Below, in pieces: positions 27,249 through 39,700 of a stretch of 64,000 nucleotides of DNA (position 1 is its first letter; each line of letters opens with the position of its first letter). The stretch is from positions 20,894,001 through 20,958,000 of the forward strand of contig OZ004615.1 in NCBI GenBank assembly GCA_963924565.1. Direction: 5' to 3'. Origin of the DNA: Ascidiella aspersa. Lineage: Eukaryota. The notes beneath the pieces are model-generated. The model saw only the letters and a list, made by a program, of their open reading frames with translations, had not been told where the DNA came from and ran no database searches. The translations under genes and the position numbers were made by a program.

Positions 27249-30200
27249 AAAGAGGCATGCCAGCTAAGTTCAGAAGGCAAACAGTAGACAGACGTTTAAA
27301 GCATGAAATCTACTTCGTTAGACCTATAACTCGAACACCACCAGTAAAAAAAGTAATGAAGAGGCATCAAGTTCCGAAGACCATAGGACATTCGACAAAA
27401 AACTGTCCGAAAATTCTTTCAACTAACAATAGGACCTTTGTTGTTGATTTGTAAGAAATTGTAACGCAGATAAGCTAGATTTCTGTCGAAATATGCTTGA
27501 TACCTTCGGTGACAAAGCGGTATTGTTCCCTAGATTAAATTGTATTGTAATTCAAGTGTTTTGAAGTAGTTGCCTTATTATTTGGCCAACATTATACAGT
27601 AGCAACCAACGAAAATTCGAACGAACTTCCTAAATTAATCAAATAAAAACGTTATTTAGATTAAACTCCCCTTACCACTAAAAAAAAACTCAAAATTATA
27701 CGAAGATTTCAAGTTGACGAGTTACTGTTTAATTAATAATTAAATTTAAAGTTTCTGTCGAAACTTACAGCTGACTATAACTCCTCTAATAATCTTCTTT
27801 CAGTGGGGCAAAGCTTAGTTTTTATCAACAAGTTTTCCTACCACAATAAAGGTTTTCGTCGGAACCTAAAGAACACATGTGGTTCCTTTGATTTGGATTG
27901 CAAATCAACGAAGCATAAACCAGCGACAGACAAAAATTCAAGAAACTGCGGTTAAACTTCCTGGTCCGCTATCTTTTTATCATGTGAATCCCCTCAGAAT
28001 ATGCAACACAAACCACTAGCTTACTATACCGTGTTTTTATGGTCGTGGCGTATTAAGTTCCTCAGCCAACTATTTAAATGGCATGCTAACAAAATAGAAA
28101 CAAATATATATTAATTGCTTGTTCATTAAGATTCGAGTAAAAAAAAACTTCTATTAACTATAATTTTATAGGACAGCCTTCGCCTAACGCCCAACATTTT
28201 TGGATTATTCCGGCATTTTTAAAGGGTTTACATTAATAAAATTGAAATTCAGGTGGTCGGCCGGATCAATGGAACTTCGTTAGCAAAAGAACGCCTTGAT
28301 GTAAACCAGTTTTATCACCATCAGTCATCATCCAGCCCATGCAGAACAGCAACGACGGTCCATGTTGGCAAAGGACGTATTGCTCTATATACATATACCT
28401 TCACAGTTCTTGAGAAGGGTCTAGTTTTGCTGCCGTTAGAACGTTGACACGGCGGTAATTTGTGTGAGTAATCGATAGGTTAGGTTTACTTGCCCCGGTC
28501 AAACGTCGATTTATCTTTATTTTGCGTTACGCCAAGGTCAGAAAACCTGGCCAACGCCATAATAGGGATTAATGGAGTGCCTGACGGAAAATGGCCCCAC
28601 CAAAATAAGGATGAATAGGCTAACTTAGAGAGGCAAACGCCGGCTATAATAAAGATGAACAGGCGCAACGAGGATTTGTGCAAGAAATTAAATAGCATCC
28701 GTACAATGTAACTCACATCAATCCTCTTTGTAGAGTTTGCTAACCAGGTTTAAAATATATAAATCTCAATGAGCTCTCTGTTCAGAAAGCCAGAGTTGTT
28801 TTCTGATAGCCTGTTTTGTTTTGAACTTTTTACCTAATCTGAACTGCTTTCATATGTTTTTGACATTTTCATTAATTTTAATGTTACTTTGCCATGTAAG
28901 TGTATTTTACTTTACTTAAGTCAAGTTATTTAAAATGGGTCTGTTTAAGTTAAGTTGTTTCAACACCATAGTGAATTGTAAACAAAACTGCAAAATAGGC
29001 TAAACTTAAAAGCCGAAGCCCCAAAGCGATCAATCGTAAAAATAGTAAAAACTCAACCTCGGCATGACATAACCACCCACGTCCCACGTTCTACGTTTTG
29101 AGTTAAACATATTCAAATATTGCACTTATTCTTGACATATGAGAAAACGTAACGTTGTTGTTAAAATAAATAACTAAATAAAAGCAAGTGTTCGCTCACA
29201 TTGTATATTATATTAACATGACAAGGTGCCAAACAAAATCATGACACTTTTGACTTGTAAGAGGGCAATTTTCACGAAAAAGTACCCATTATTGGTTATT
29301 GGGAAAGGGCATGTCCGCATGAGGAATCTATAAAGGCGTAAATTTGTTTGTTTGTCAATTTGTCTTGGCTTACCGGCGCCATATTTGTAAGAATTTTAAC
29401 CTAATCGTAAAAGAATGTTTAAAATTATCCGGAAAGTATGCATGAGTAAATAAAAGTTTAACTACGAATCTTTCCAGCCCAGCCCAGATTCAATTTATCA
29501 AATTTAATTGTTTGTTTGTGACTTATTCATTAAATTAGCAATAGATTTTCTTCAAATGAAGTGTAAAAGTAAAATGCGAAGTGCAACTGTTTCAGCGATT
29601 TTATACTGCATGAAACAAGCAAAGTGAGTTTCCAATCACATAACGGCGATTGCATTGACTTCCGTTACTCTATTTTTTTTTTGCTCTGGGCCGCAGAAAG
29701 AATACACATCCCTTTGCGTTAAAAATCAGATTAAAAATGACAAAGCATAGATCAAATTACGCAAAAATCTGTAAAATGTAGTGTTGATTGCGAGATATCC
29801 CCAAAACCATACTTGTTTGGACTTTGCAAGCCAGCAAACTGCTTCACCGCCCTAATCGCCCTTATTTCCTTAAGTAATTCCAGGTATATGACATTCTTCT
29901 ATCGCGCAAATCTCACGGCGAGGTGCTTTCGCGTTTCCGACAGAAGAGAAGCAAAAGATCGAACCAGATGTCATCCATCAGGGCTCAGGATGTGCCAGGA
30001 ACTTCACAACGCGCCGGCCGATGTTGCTACTTAACTTTAACGCCGCCCTCCCAATCGATTACATGCGCCTAAAAAAATCCCGGGCACCTGTTTTGATTTC
30101 GCCACAGATTGAAAAAGGCCATATATTTCTTTCCGACAGCCTGATGTTTTTACTTGATTTAGGCTATACTGAATTGGTATGTTTTTGACTTTCTTATTAA

Positions 30201-31124
30201 TTTTATTTTACTTTGCTTTGTATAAAGATATTTCAGTGTACTTATAGGAAATGATGGTGCCAGTATAGGCGAAATATATATTCCTTTAAAAAATGCCTGA
30301 TCCTGGTTTTACTCGGAATTTTAAACTTTAAGTTTTATGGCCAATCAACGCGTTAGCGGAACAGTGATCGACAAGCAGAAACCTGCTGCCAATGGTTTTG
30401 GATTCCATAAAGATACGCCCTTGTATAGATTGTAAAAGGCTAATGTGCCGGTGAGCCGACCTAGGTACCTTTGTTTAAAACAGGTGCCGCATAAAACTAT
30501 TATTTCCCGGTGCAATGGGCCTTTGACTGCGTACACGGCGCGAACCTGACCTAATCGATCAGCACTGCAAAGCAGGTGACGTTAGAAACCGCACTGCGCC
30601 CCTGTATGGCTGTTGTTAATCCATTCAACAAGGCTTGTCCAATTTCTGGTGGGATTTTTGCCCATCCCTCACCCGGCCTATCTTCCTTTAACAAGGCACG
30701 TAGCCGACGCGGCCCGCGTACAGTTCTAGCTGCTTGCTGCCGGTGATGGAGTAGCCGCGTGTCGTAAAGGCTGACACGCGCGCGCCGATATGAATAGCCC
30801 CAGTTATTTCTGGCGCCTAGCTCCCGGCTGGGATGTTTCCATTCCGCGATCTTTCACGGCGCTTTAGGCGCGTAATTAACGACCACGGCGCGCCGCTTTC
30901 TGCAGGGATCCTTAGCGGAGCGGGCGGCGCACCGTAAATCAAGCGACTGCGACTTGTCTCGTGGAAAAAGCAGCGCCGGTGTGCCCGCTCGCTTTTCCAT
31001 CCATCATATGCGATTAACCCCTCAACAGATCTATTTGCGATAATGCACTGGGAGACGCTTCCGCCAGCCAGTATAGAACAACATCTCAAAACGTTAACTG
31101 AACGTACACTCAAGGCTACTTATA

Positions 31125-31402
31125 GAGTTTTGTAAACAAGTCATTTCGAATTGACTTATTTCCCAGTCAAGTCTCAAACATGAACGCATCAATATGACAA
31201 GTAAATCGTTTTATGTGCAAATCTGGGATAAATACCCAATTTGATAAAAAACAACACTAATGGAAACACTTCATTTTCCACGAAGTCGTTTATTCAAAAG
31301 ACAAAGTCAGGTCATTTATCCGAAAGACTTAAGTCATGTCAAGTCATTTTTCTCAAACACTTGCGTCAAGTCATGTCATTGACTTAAGTCATTACAACAC
31401 TG
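31125..31402 (+). mobile_element. AAGTC-rich MITE copy
   Basis: gagttttgtaaacaagtcatttcg ... gacttaagtcattacaacactg. Confidence 0.82.
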
Positions 31403-31781
31403 GCTCCAGAGATGTCTGATCGGAGCAAAACGATGCCGAAATATCGATACATTCCGACACTATAGGTTTGCATCGGTACCAATCCTATTGTAGAATATTT
31501 GTGTATTTCAGCCATGTTTTATGCCTCGCATCTTTACTATCTAAAGAGTAAAATAACTCAAATAGTAGAAAACTTCCGATAGAATCAAACTTCTGTGCAA
31601 TAACCTTAAACACTTTTGCGCGTTTAATTTGTATCAATTCTGATTATTTGACCACAATAATAAAGTCGTTGAGTATCTCATCAAAATGCACACACATTAG
31701 GGTGTATCTTTATAGAATCCAAAACCATCGGCAGCAGGTTTTAGCCAGTCGATCACTGCTCCGCTGACGCGTATATTAACA

Positions 31782-31855
31782 AGTAAAACTCATAGTTAAA
31801 AACATCAAAACGTCTGACCATGTTTTTACTCATGTTTTTAACTATGAGTTTTACT
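31782..31855. repeat. Perfect 24-bp inverted repeat with 26-nt spacer
   Basis: AGTAAAACTCATAGTTAAAAACAT (31782-31805) and its exact reverse complement (31832-31855). Confidence 0.9.
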
Positions 31856-32129
31856 CATCAAAATGCAGTACTGTTTAGCGAAATAATAACGTATATAGGT
31901 GTCGCTCTAAAACGCAAAGTACTTGCCAAAGAGCTGTATTTTTTAAGTGATGCTTTAAAATCTGGTGGAACCCAAAGTCTGACGACAACACTGCATAATT
32001 TAAAACCTATCGCGCTGGTGGTCTTGTTTCGCGAGGCCTTCACAAGGCAACATTAACACACGTTCTCATATGCAAACTGAATATGTAAAAAGAAGGTATC
32101 TCCTCGCCCTAAAGCACGACAATGACTTC

Positions 32130-32468
32130 GAATGTTAGCAATATACTTTCGACTTTGTTGTCTGATTCAAAATCAGTCATTTATAAGTTCTAGTTTTTAA
32201 TAGAGAAATCTATTTCGCCAATCCGGCATCATCAGTCTCTAAAAAAAAATACAAAATAATGCAAACACGTAAACTATAGGTGGTAGAAATTAAAAGTCAT
32301 GGGAAAATAATAGTATATAGCCTAGTCACGTAGTTCGTTGCTCTTGGTTCTACTATTATTTATTCAGAGACTGATGATGCTGGATTGGCGAAATATATTT
32401 CTCTATTAAAAACCAGAAACCGACTGATTTTGACTCAGACAACAAAGTCGAAAGTATATTACACATTC
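32130..32468. repeat. Long inverted repeat (~105-110 bp arms), likely a MITE
   Basis: Arms 32130-32240 and 32366-32468. Related single-arm fragments lie near 5670-5720 and 30250-30300. Confidence 0.8.
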
Positions 32469-33824
32469 TCCATAATATTAGAACTGATGATACAGTAAAA
32501 ACGAAATTTATGTATGTGTTGCAGTCAATTCCTGAATGTGGTGTAGTCATTGCTCTGTGAAAATTGTTCATTGAGAGCGGAACGGCTAATAAAAAATACG
32601 ACATCATAAAATTTTAGTTTGAACGGTGTCATTGTCTGAATGACTCATGCTTGACTACACTTGCGAAGCCCCAAAGATTCGTGCGAAGTCCATAAGTTGC
32701 AAATAATCAACTTGGGAAGGCTAAACAATTGAGACAACTGTAGTTGACCATAAAGGGAGGAGACATTGCAACGGACATCAACATCTTTGCAGTGTTTTAA
32801 TTTTCGCTGGGAAAAGATGTTATTGAAGCGTGCCACTAATGAAAATAGGGTTATTGAATATTTAATTTTAAAGTAGGTATGGCTCTTACCAAGAACAGTA
32901 CACAATAAAACGACATATAAGACTACGCACAGGAAATTATTCTCATATAAATGTGGTAAGGCCATAACCTCGTTCCTCATGAAGCAATCCCTGTAGAGAC
33001 ACACTTTATTTGCCTAAATAGCAGACATAATTTTTTCGTTTAAGATTTCTAGAAGGATTTTACTTTTTAGAGAAAAAGCAACCAAGTTGTTGGGGTAAGG
33101 TGGTAACCTCGTGCCCCATGAAACAGTCCCTATGAGTGTCACATACAATTTTCCTAAATGGCAAATGCATTGTTTTTGTTAACTACGCTTAAAGGTTTTT
33201 AAGAATTTAAGAATTTCACTTTTAGAGAAACAGCAACTATGTTGTTTTTGTCGTTGCTTCTTCATCGCGATTATATATCTCCGTATTGTTCAATCACTTT
33301 TCGCCGGTCGGTTCCTTTTCACGGGTTATCGTCATCTTCTATGGGATGTAATTAATTAGGTGCGCGGCGTGATGTTCCGAAACAGCTTCCCTCAACCGAC
33401 GAGTTATGATGGGGATATTTGAAGGTTCTGCTTACCCATCAATCAAAGAGACACGAGCAAGTTAACTGAAGGGCGGAATAGTTCGTTTGATGTAATCTTT
33501 AAACCACAAAGTTCCCCACTACTTGCCGCACTGATAACGTTTCATTGTGTATGACTAAGGCTTTTGTAAATGCAACGCTTTTGTTAATAGTCTTGCTTAT
33601 CAGTACAAGGTACTGTTAACTATCATCAGACGGTTTGTATTGGGAATGTATTACTGTCGTCTGCATCAACAAGCTTTATTGTTTTTGCCTCAGTATTCCG
33701 TTTATGGTTTGTTTATTGTCCAAAAGAGTTTACAGCAGTGTGCGTTATTTCATCAAGGGCTTGCAATTTCGTGTGTACGGGATTAGGCTTTAGCAATCGC
33801 GCAGTACCAGCAATGGTGCATATA

Positions 33825-34237
33825 CAGGGTTACCATCAAGACCAAAAAATAGGCACGCTACTACGAAAAGCACTCTGCACTATTTTAATAACACGGTCGG
33901 ATCCAGGATTTCTTTGGGGGAGAGGCATCCGAATCTAATACTCTCAAACAAACTTTTGATCTCTGCGCCAAATGAACCTTAAAGCAGCTTGATCGCGCAA
34001 AGCTCACAGTTTATTTAGTTGAATTGGCGACACTTCCGTGACGTAATTGGCCAGGGTTCACCAAACTTGTATAGTGAACAGTATTATTGAGGCTTAATAA
34101 ATTCCCAAATAAGACAAACTAAGAACACAGCTCAAAAATAAGCACGTTTCTTAGAAATAATCACATTAGTATTTTCTAAGACACTGCAATGAAAAATAAG
34201 CACAAATCTTAGAAATAAGCACGGTATGGTAACTCTG
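33825..34237. mobile_element. hAT-like MITE with AAATAAGCAC repeats, probably interrupted by another insertion
   Basis: cagggttaccat ... atggtaactctg TIRs; aaataagcac repeated near both ends; TSD only weakly conserved. Confidence 0.6.
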
Positions 34238-34462
34238 TGTATAAGGGACGGAAGCTGAAAATAGCCTTGCCCTCCTATTTTCTCCGGAGAATGTGACGTG
34301 TTTGCTGTGACAACTCGTACGAATCTATACGCGGCGACGAGCGGCGACACGAGGTCATCAATTTCCGCGCCGAGGCTGTTTCGCAAGCAAGAAAAATCGA
34401 AGTTATCACATATTCCGATCTTGCTACTGCCGCCTAAAGAAAGAAGCCACCCAGAAGCGGGC

Positions 34463-34615
34463 NNNNNNNNNNNNNNNNNNNNNNNNNNNNNNNNNNNNNN
34501 NNNNNNNNNNNNNNNNNNNNNNNNNNNNNNNNNNNNNNNNNNNNNNNNNNNNNNNNNNNNNNNNNNNNNNNNNNNNNNNNNNNNNNNNNNNNNNNNNNNN
34601 NNNNNNNNNNNNNNN
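34463..34615. other. Assembly gap (153 N)
   Basis: Run of n. Confidence 1.
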
Positions 34616-34924
34616 TTGTCACACGTACCCTCTGACAAAAAAGGAGAGAGATAGAGAGCGTATGCTCTTCAGCTCAACTGTCACCTTCGCCTCTCCTATC
34701 AAGTTGCAGCAAAGGGAGTCGATGCCTGGTCGAGATAAGGTTAACTCGCAACAAGCTTAACTAATGTTCGCTGTTAATTCCTTAATCCCCAGTAGACTGT
34801 TGACTAGTGAGCGCGACAGCGTCCGACCTGGGCGTTCGGCACTGCGATTGAACGCTGCTTTACACGCTATACATGCTTTACATGCTTTTTTATGTTTGCT
34901 TAGATCTACTTCTAGACTCTAGAG

Positions 34925-35142
34925 CAGTGATTCCCAAACTGTGTGCCGAGAGATTTCCAAGTGTGCCGCGAAACTTTTTGTAATTTTTAAAAATAAGTTA
35001 TTTGTATTACCAATAGGCGCATACACGCAAGCATTTTAGACTTAAATACGCACCAGTCGCAACACCCATTACAAATTAATCAGATTGAGACGCTTACATA
35101 TAGTTTGTCGTGTGTTAAGGGCGATTGTGTAAAATGACTCTG
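34925..35142. mobile_element. hAT (Charlie-like) MITE, family B copy 1
   Basis: Starts cagtgattcccaaactgtgtgccg; flanked by a perfect 8-bp TSD ctctagag; colinear with 36433-36731. Confidence 0.88.
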
Positions 35143-35170
35143 CTCTAGAGCAATGCTGTCCAAAACTCTA

Positions 35171-35290
35171 AAGCATTGTAAACAAGTCATTTCCTAAAAA
35201 ACCTAAATCCAATTTAAGTCATTTTCAATAATTTGCAGGTCAATTTGTTGCCATAAAGTCAATTCCAAGTCAAGTCGTCGAAATACAAAT
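35171..35290 (+). mobile_element. AAGTC-rich MITE fragment
   Basis: ttgtaaacaagtcatttcc ... ccaagtcaagtc. Confidence 0.6.
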
Positions 35291-35585
35291 AGTTGTTAAA
35301 GTAGTAAAATGACATTTTATACCATTCAAAGCAATGTTTCATTTTGTCGCTTAGAGCAAATCGATAAAATTTTTGCTATTTTTTTTATGTAGCTTTACGT
35401 TTCAGGTAACTAACTTTGTGACATCAAATTATGTAAATTTTCTTCATGCACTCCCCACCCCCCTTTTTTGCTTTTGCTTTTACTTCGATCATTCAAAACA
35501 CGTTTTGTTCGCGTTTGTAATATTTTTGAACAAAAACTATGCGAATTGACATAACGTTGAAAATATTGTGAGTTGCGAGGCCGAA

Positions 35586-35993
35586 CAAACCATGCATTGG
35601 AGCATAATGGCTGGAGGTTGTAATAAGAACATCAACACCCATACAGAAGTTAGTTATCATTTTAAACTTTCGAATGACTAAATTCTAAGGGGTTGAAATT
35701 GAATAAAGAGTTATTCGAAACCTTTAAAAGGATACCTACTTCTGTATGTGCTAGCTTTTAATATTCCTATTAAATTGTGCATTGTCACGTAGTAAAAATA
35801 TAAATGCCCATACAGAAGTAGAAATCATGTTGAACGTTTTGAATAACTTTTTATTATATATACATTATGTTGAAAATGCATAAATAGATAGACGAAATGT
35901 TCAAAATGATACCTACTTCTGTATGAGCTTTGTTCTTCTTAGTACCTCTTACTACAACCTCAAACAATTATTCTCCAATGTCGTGTGTGTTTG
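35586..35993. mobile_element. Foldback/MITE element with nested inverted repeats
   Basis: Outer arms cattggagcataatggctggaggttgta / tacaacctcaaacaattattctccaatg; two internal hairpin units cccatacagaagtag...ctacttctgtatg. Confidence 0.75.
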
Positions 35994-36432
35994 TACTGTA
36001 TTGGATATGGCGTAGCTACAGCACAAGAACCGAAATATTGTATCCGCGAGCTCTCGCACCAATCATACCATCATAAAGCGAAATGAAAGCTCTCAAAAGC
36101 GAGAAAGCCATCGATCAAACAGGCTCTAGTGGCTTCACTTGACGCAAATTAACGTTTGGCGCAAGGCAGTGCCGCTTTGTGTGTTTGAAGTTAAAGCCGA
36201 TCCACATTAATCACCGCTGGCAAGTGGCGCAGCGGACAACAGCTGCCTTTTGCCAACCCATTGAAATAAACACTACGCCAAGTGCTCCGTTGCGGTGTGA
36301 ATCACTTAATGAACGAACTGATCGTTATGCTAACTATTAGCGTTTCACTTCCTTCTGTTCTTTTTGAAATAATAATAGTCGGTTTCAGACTTGCGACTTG
36401 CTTTGGTCCTTTTTTTGTTCAAGACCCTACAA

Positions 36433-36731
36433 CAGTGAATCCCAAACTGTGTGCCGCGGCACATAAATGTGCCTCGAAAGATTGTCAAGTGTGCCGCAAA
36501 ACTCTCTGTAATTTCGAAAATAAAGTTATTAGTGATGGTGCAACATTAGTATTATCAATAGGCATACACGCAAGCAATTTAGACTTAAATACGCATATCT
36601 ATTACAAATTAATAACATACAATTGAAATATTGAGACATTCACATATATTTGTCGTGTGTTAAGGGCGTTAAAAGTATGTCACGAAATTGTTAAGACATT
36701 TTATTGAGTCCCCAAGCTTTAAAAAACACTG
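36433..36731. mobile_element. hAT (Charlie-like) MITE, family B copy 2
   Basis: cagtgaatcccaaactgtgtgccgcggcaca ... aaaaaacactg; TSD ccctacaa/cccgacaa (7/8). Confidence 0.88.
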
Positions 36732-39700
36732 CCCGACAAGACCTTGGTTGCAGCGCTGTTTTTCGGTAAATCTTAAGTTGCCCTGACGTTCCTGCCTGCT
36801 GGTCTGAAAATGAATTTAATCATTTATTTGCCGGCTTCAATATCCAAGGTAAACAGATAGGCGGGGGCTTTTTCGGGGCAAATAAATTTTAACAGCCAAA
36901 AGCCAATAAGCTTAAACGTGTGGGAGACAAGCAAATTATTGCTGCCGATCACATTTTGGCGAGATAGCATCTATTAGACGCCGTCAGGTCATATATAGGT
37001 CGGTGTATATTAAAGGGGACTTATCATTCTTTTTATGAACTTTGCCGCATAAGGTCGCTCTGAGTAGTCGGTCTTCATTAGTCCAATCCATGCATTACCA
37101 AATTTTGTTAATTTTGGACGACAAATTGCCTTCCCATGTGCCCCACTTACACCAACCTGTTAATGGGACGTTTATTACCTTGGCGTATATTGGCGAATAA
37201 ATATACTGCACACGGCCCGCTTTTGTTGCTCGTTTAACAAAAAGCCATCAAAAATCTGCTGAATGTGTTTATAGGTTAGGTTTTGACGACTTCAAAACCC
37301 ATTTCGCCCGATTTAAATTGCAATTTCCGCACACTTCCTCAATTGCGAGCTATCTCCAATCCAAAATGGCGCATCTTTTATAGTTTAGCTGTCAAAATTG
37401 TTTTCCTGACAAAATCAAGTATCTCGGTGATATAATTCCGCGAACGCAGCATTTGCCGTATCTGTAAACAGGCGCGGGCTCAAATTGCAGGTTTCTTTAT
37501 CGACTTGGCGGCGGTCGTGTTGCAAAGAGACTGCGGCGACCTATCAGCAAAATTTTAAGCAGATTTCAACGACAGTCACTCAGGCAGTGACACCGGTGAC
37601 CCGGGGGTGCTTTTAAGCCCTGGGAATTGGGAGAAATCTTCATCCTTGGAACGAGATGGTGGTGATTTGGGCTTGACACGATGATAGCGATACGTTTCAG
37701 CGACTGTGGGCATGTCACTGCATTACATATCAGGGAAGAAATTCAATTCGATACAGGGATTCTCCACACATGGGAACTGTAAGGAGGGCTCGTTTCGGCC
37801 GACATGAAAGCGCTCGACATCTGACCAGGATAATTTACCTAAACACCTGGGCTTGCCTGGTTGAGACGCAAACCTATCATATCGGGTGAAAGCCTAACAA
37901 ATGCCATGATTCATGTTTCTAGTAGGGAGAAGCCACATGATTAAGGTCATTTACCTTTATATCGCAACTGTTTTTAATCTACTCGAACAACATTTTCAGG
38001 GTCTTGTAAATCACTTTGTCATCACGAAAATACCTATCTCGGTAGGTACTTTGACCAGTGTTGGTCAAGGGCACTTTTAACACCTATAAAATAAAAAAAT
38101 ACCCCCCCGTAAACGCAATTTATCGAGACCAAATATACATGGCGAACTATGCGATAAAGTATTTCGCATTAGGGCGCGCGATCCCACACGCAAAAGAGCG
38201 ATCCTATTTGCGAGACTGGCGCCTGACACTAATGTGAGTTCGATTGAAGGGCCACGGTGGCGCATGTGTCAGATCTCGTGGTCAGATAGACAGGCGATGT
38301 CGCTCCTATAGCAGGGACGCTGGCTGGGGAGAAACGCGTATAACAGCAGCAGCTTGTATCGTCGCACCGAGGCCGCCACATTCGTGTCTTGCCCGATTGT
38401 GATTGATAGCGGCGTAATGACGCGCCGGGCTTATTTTCACAGGCCGGTCGGCGCATATCAGGTGCTGCGATTTGAGAAGCGCCCCGGCTAAGCCAGCATA
38501 AACGCCGGTCGACGGCATTCAATCAAAACAGTAGCGGTGCCGAGCGCGGCACGGACCCAAATACACTCTCCAAAGGCACTACGATGTTTTCACAAAACTA
38601 TTCCCGGGACCTGCGGCGGTTAAAAATAAAGGGCTTTGCGTCGTGGAGAAACGCCCGGCGCTGCACAAACACTATGAGCGCCTTTTCAGCCCAACTACTG
38701 TTTGTGTAACTTGCTGTCGGGATTGGCGCCCGACCGGCAGTCGGCATCTATTCTCCGTTCCCACCCACTGTAAGCATAATTATGGAAAGGTTGAACATGC
38801 GCGTGCCTTCGCCCACGTTTCAGGCAGGGAGCAAATTGCATTCGCCTTTGAAATACATCTCTGCGTGACCTCGGCCAAGTTGGCTCGCCGAGATTTTCCG
38901 AGGGTAATTGTTACACGCATTAATTTATTGTTTGTTTGTTTGTTTGTGCAGTATTGTTTCGACATGTTATCGTTTGCACGTCTGTTCTTTGCACTCTTCC
39001 CTTCCCACTTACGTAAACTACATCGCTTTTCAACTTTTGCACCTCACCTTTACCGCTTTATTTCTCAACTTATCTCGTTCTGTTGGCGCCTAATAATTGG
39101 TCCCTTGTTTTCGTTGTGTGTGAAATGAGGGCTGTCGGGTTTTGGGAAAGCTTGGTTAACATTTGGAGTATTTTCCATTTTCCGTTTCTGCCCCTCTTTT
39201 ATACGTTGACCGCTTTTTATTGTTTTACGTATTTTATTGTTTATTTACGGTTCGCCTAAATATTAATACAGGAGACACTTTGTGTGGCGCTTGGCATTCC
39301 GACAGGCCGTTAAGTAGGGATCCTGAAATTTTGGTGTAACATAATATTTCCGGAAGTCAGGCCCCTGATTTTTTACTCATACCTCGTATTGCACTCAGCT
39401 ATCCAGCAAACATTCTTTCGGAAATATTCATATTTATAAATCTGAATAATAATATTCAGCGATATTCACCCTTAACTCAAGAGCTAACAAGTTCACTTTT
39501 TAACGATAGAGCAAGAGGTTGTCGGAAGGCATACCGGAATGGTTATCGTACGAAATACAAATAACGTTTTATCGTTTTTGTTTTGTCAGTTTAAACGTTT
39601 AGAGTTGGTTAATGTTGATGCAAGTTATATATTGATCTCGCCATAACAAGAGACGAATAATAATGGCATTTGCGAAACCTTCTCGCACCTGAAATGTTGT

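Noticed and set aside
32356-33004. Two adjacent hydrophobic minus-strand ORFs as a possible pseudogene
   Set aside because: AT-rich composition explains the hydrophobicity, one overlaps an inverted repeat arm, and no family is recognised.
34132-34654. ORFs spanning the N run
   Set aside because: Artefacts of the assembly gap.
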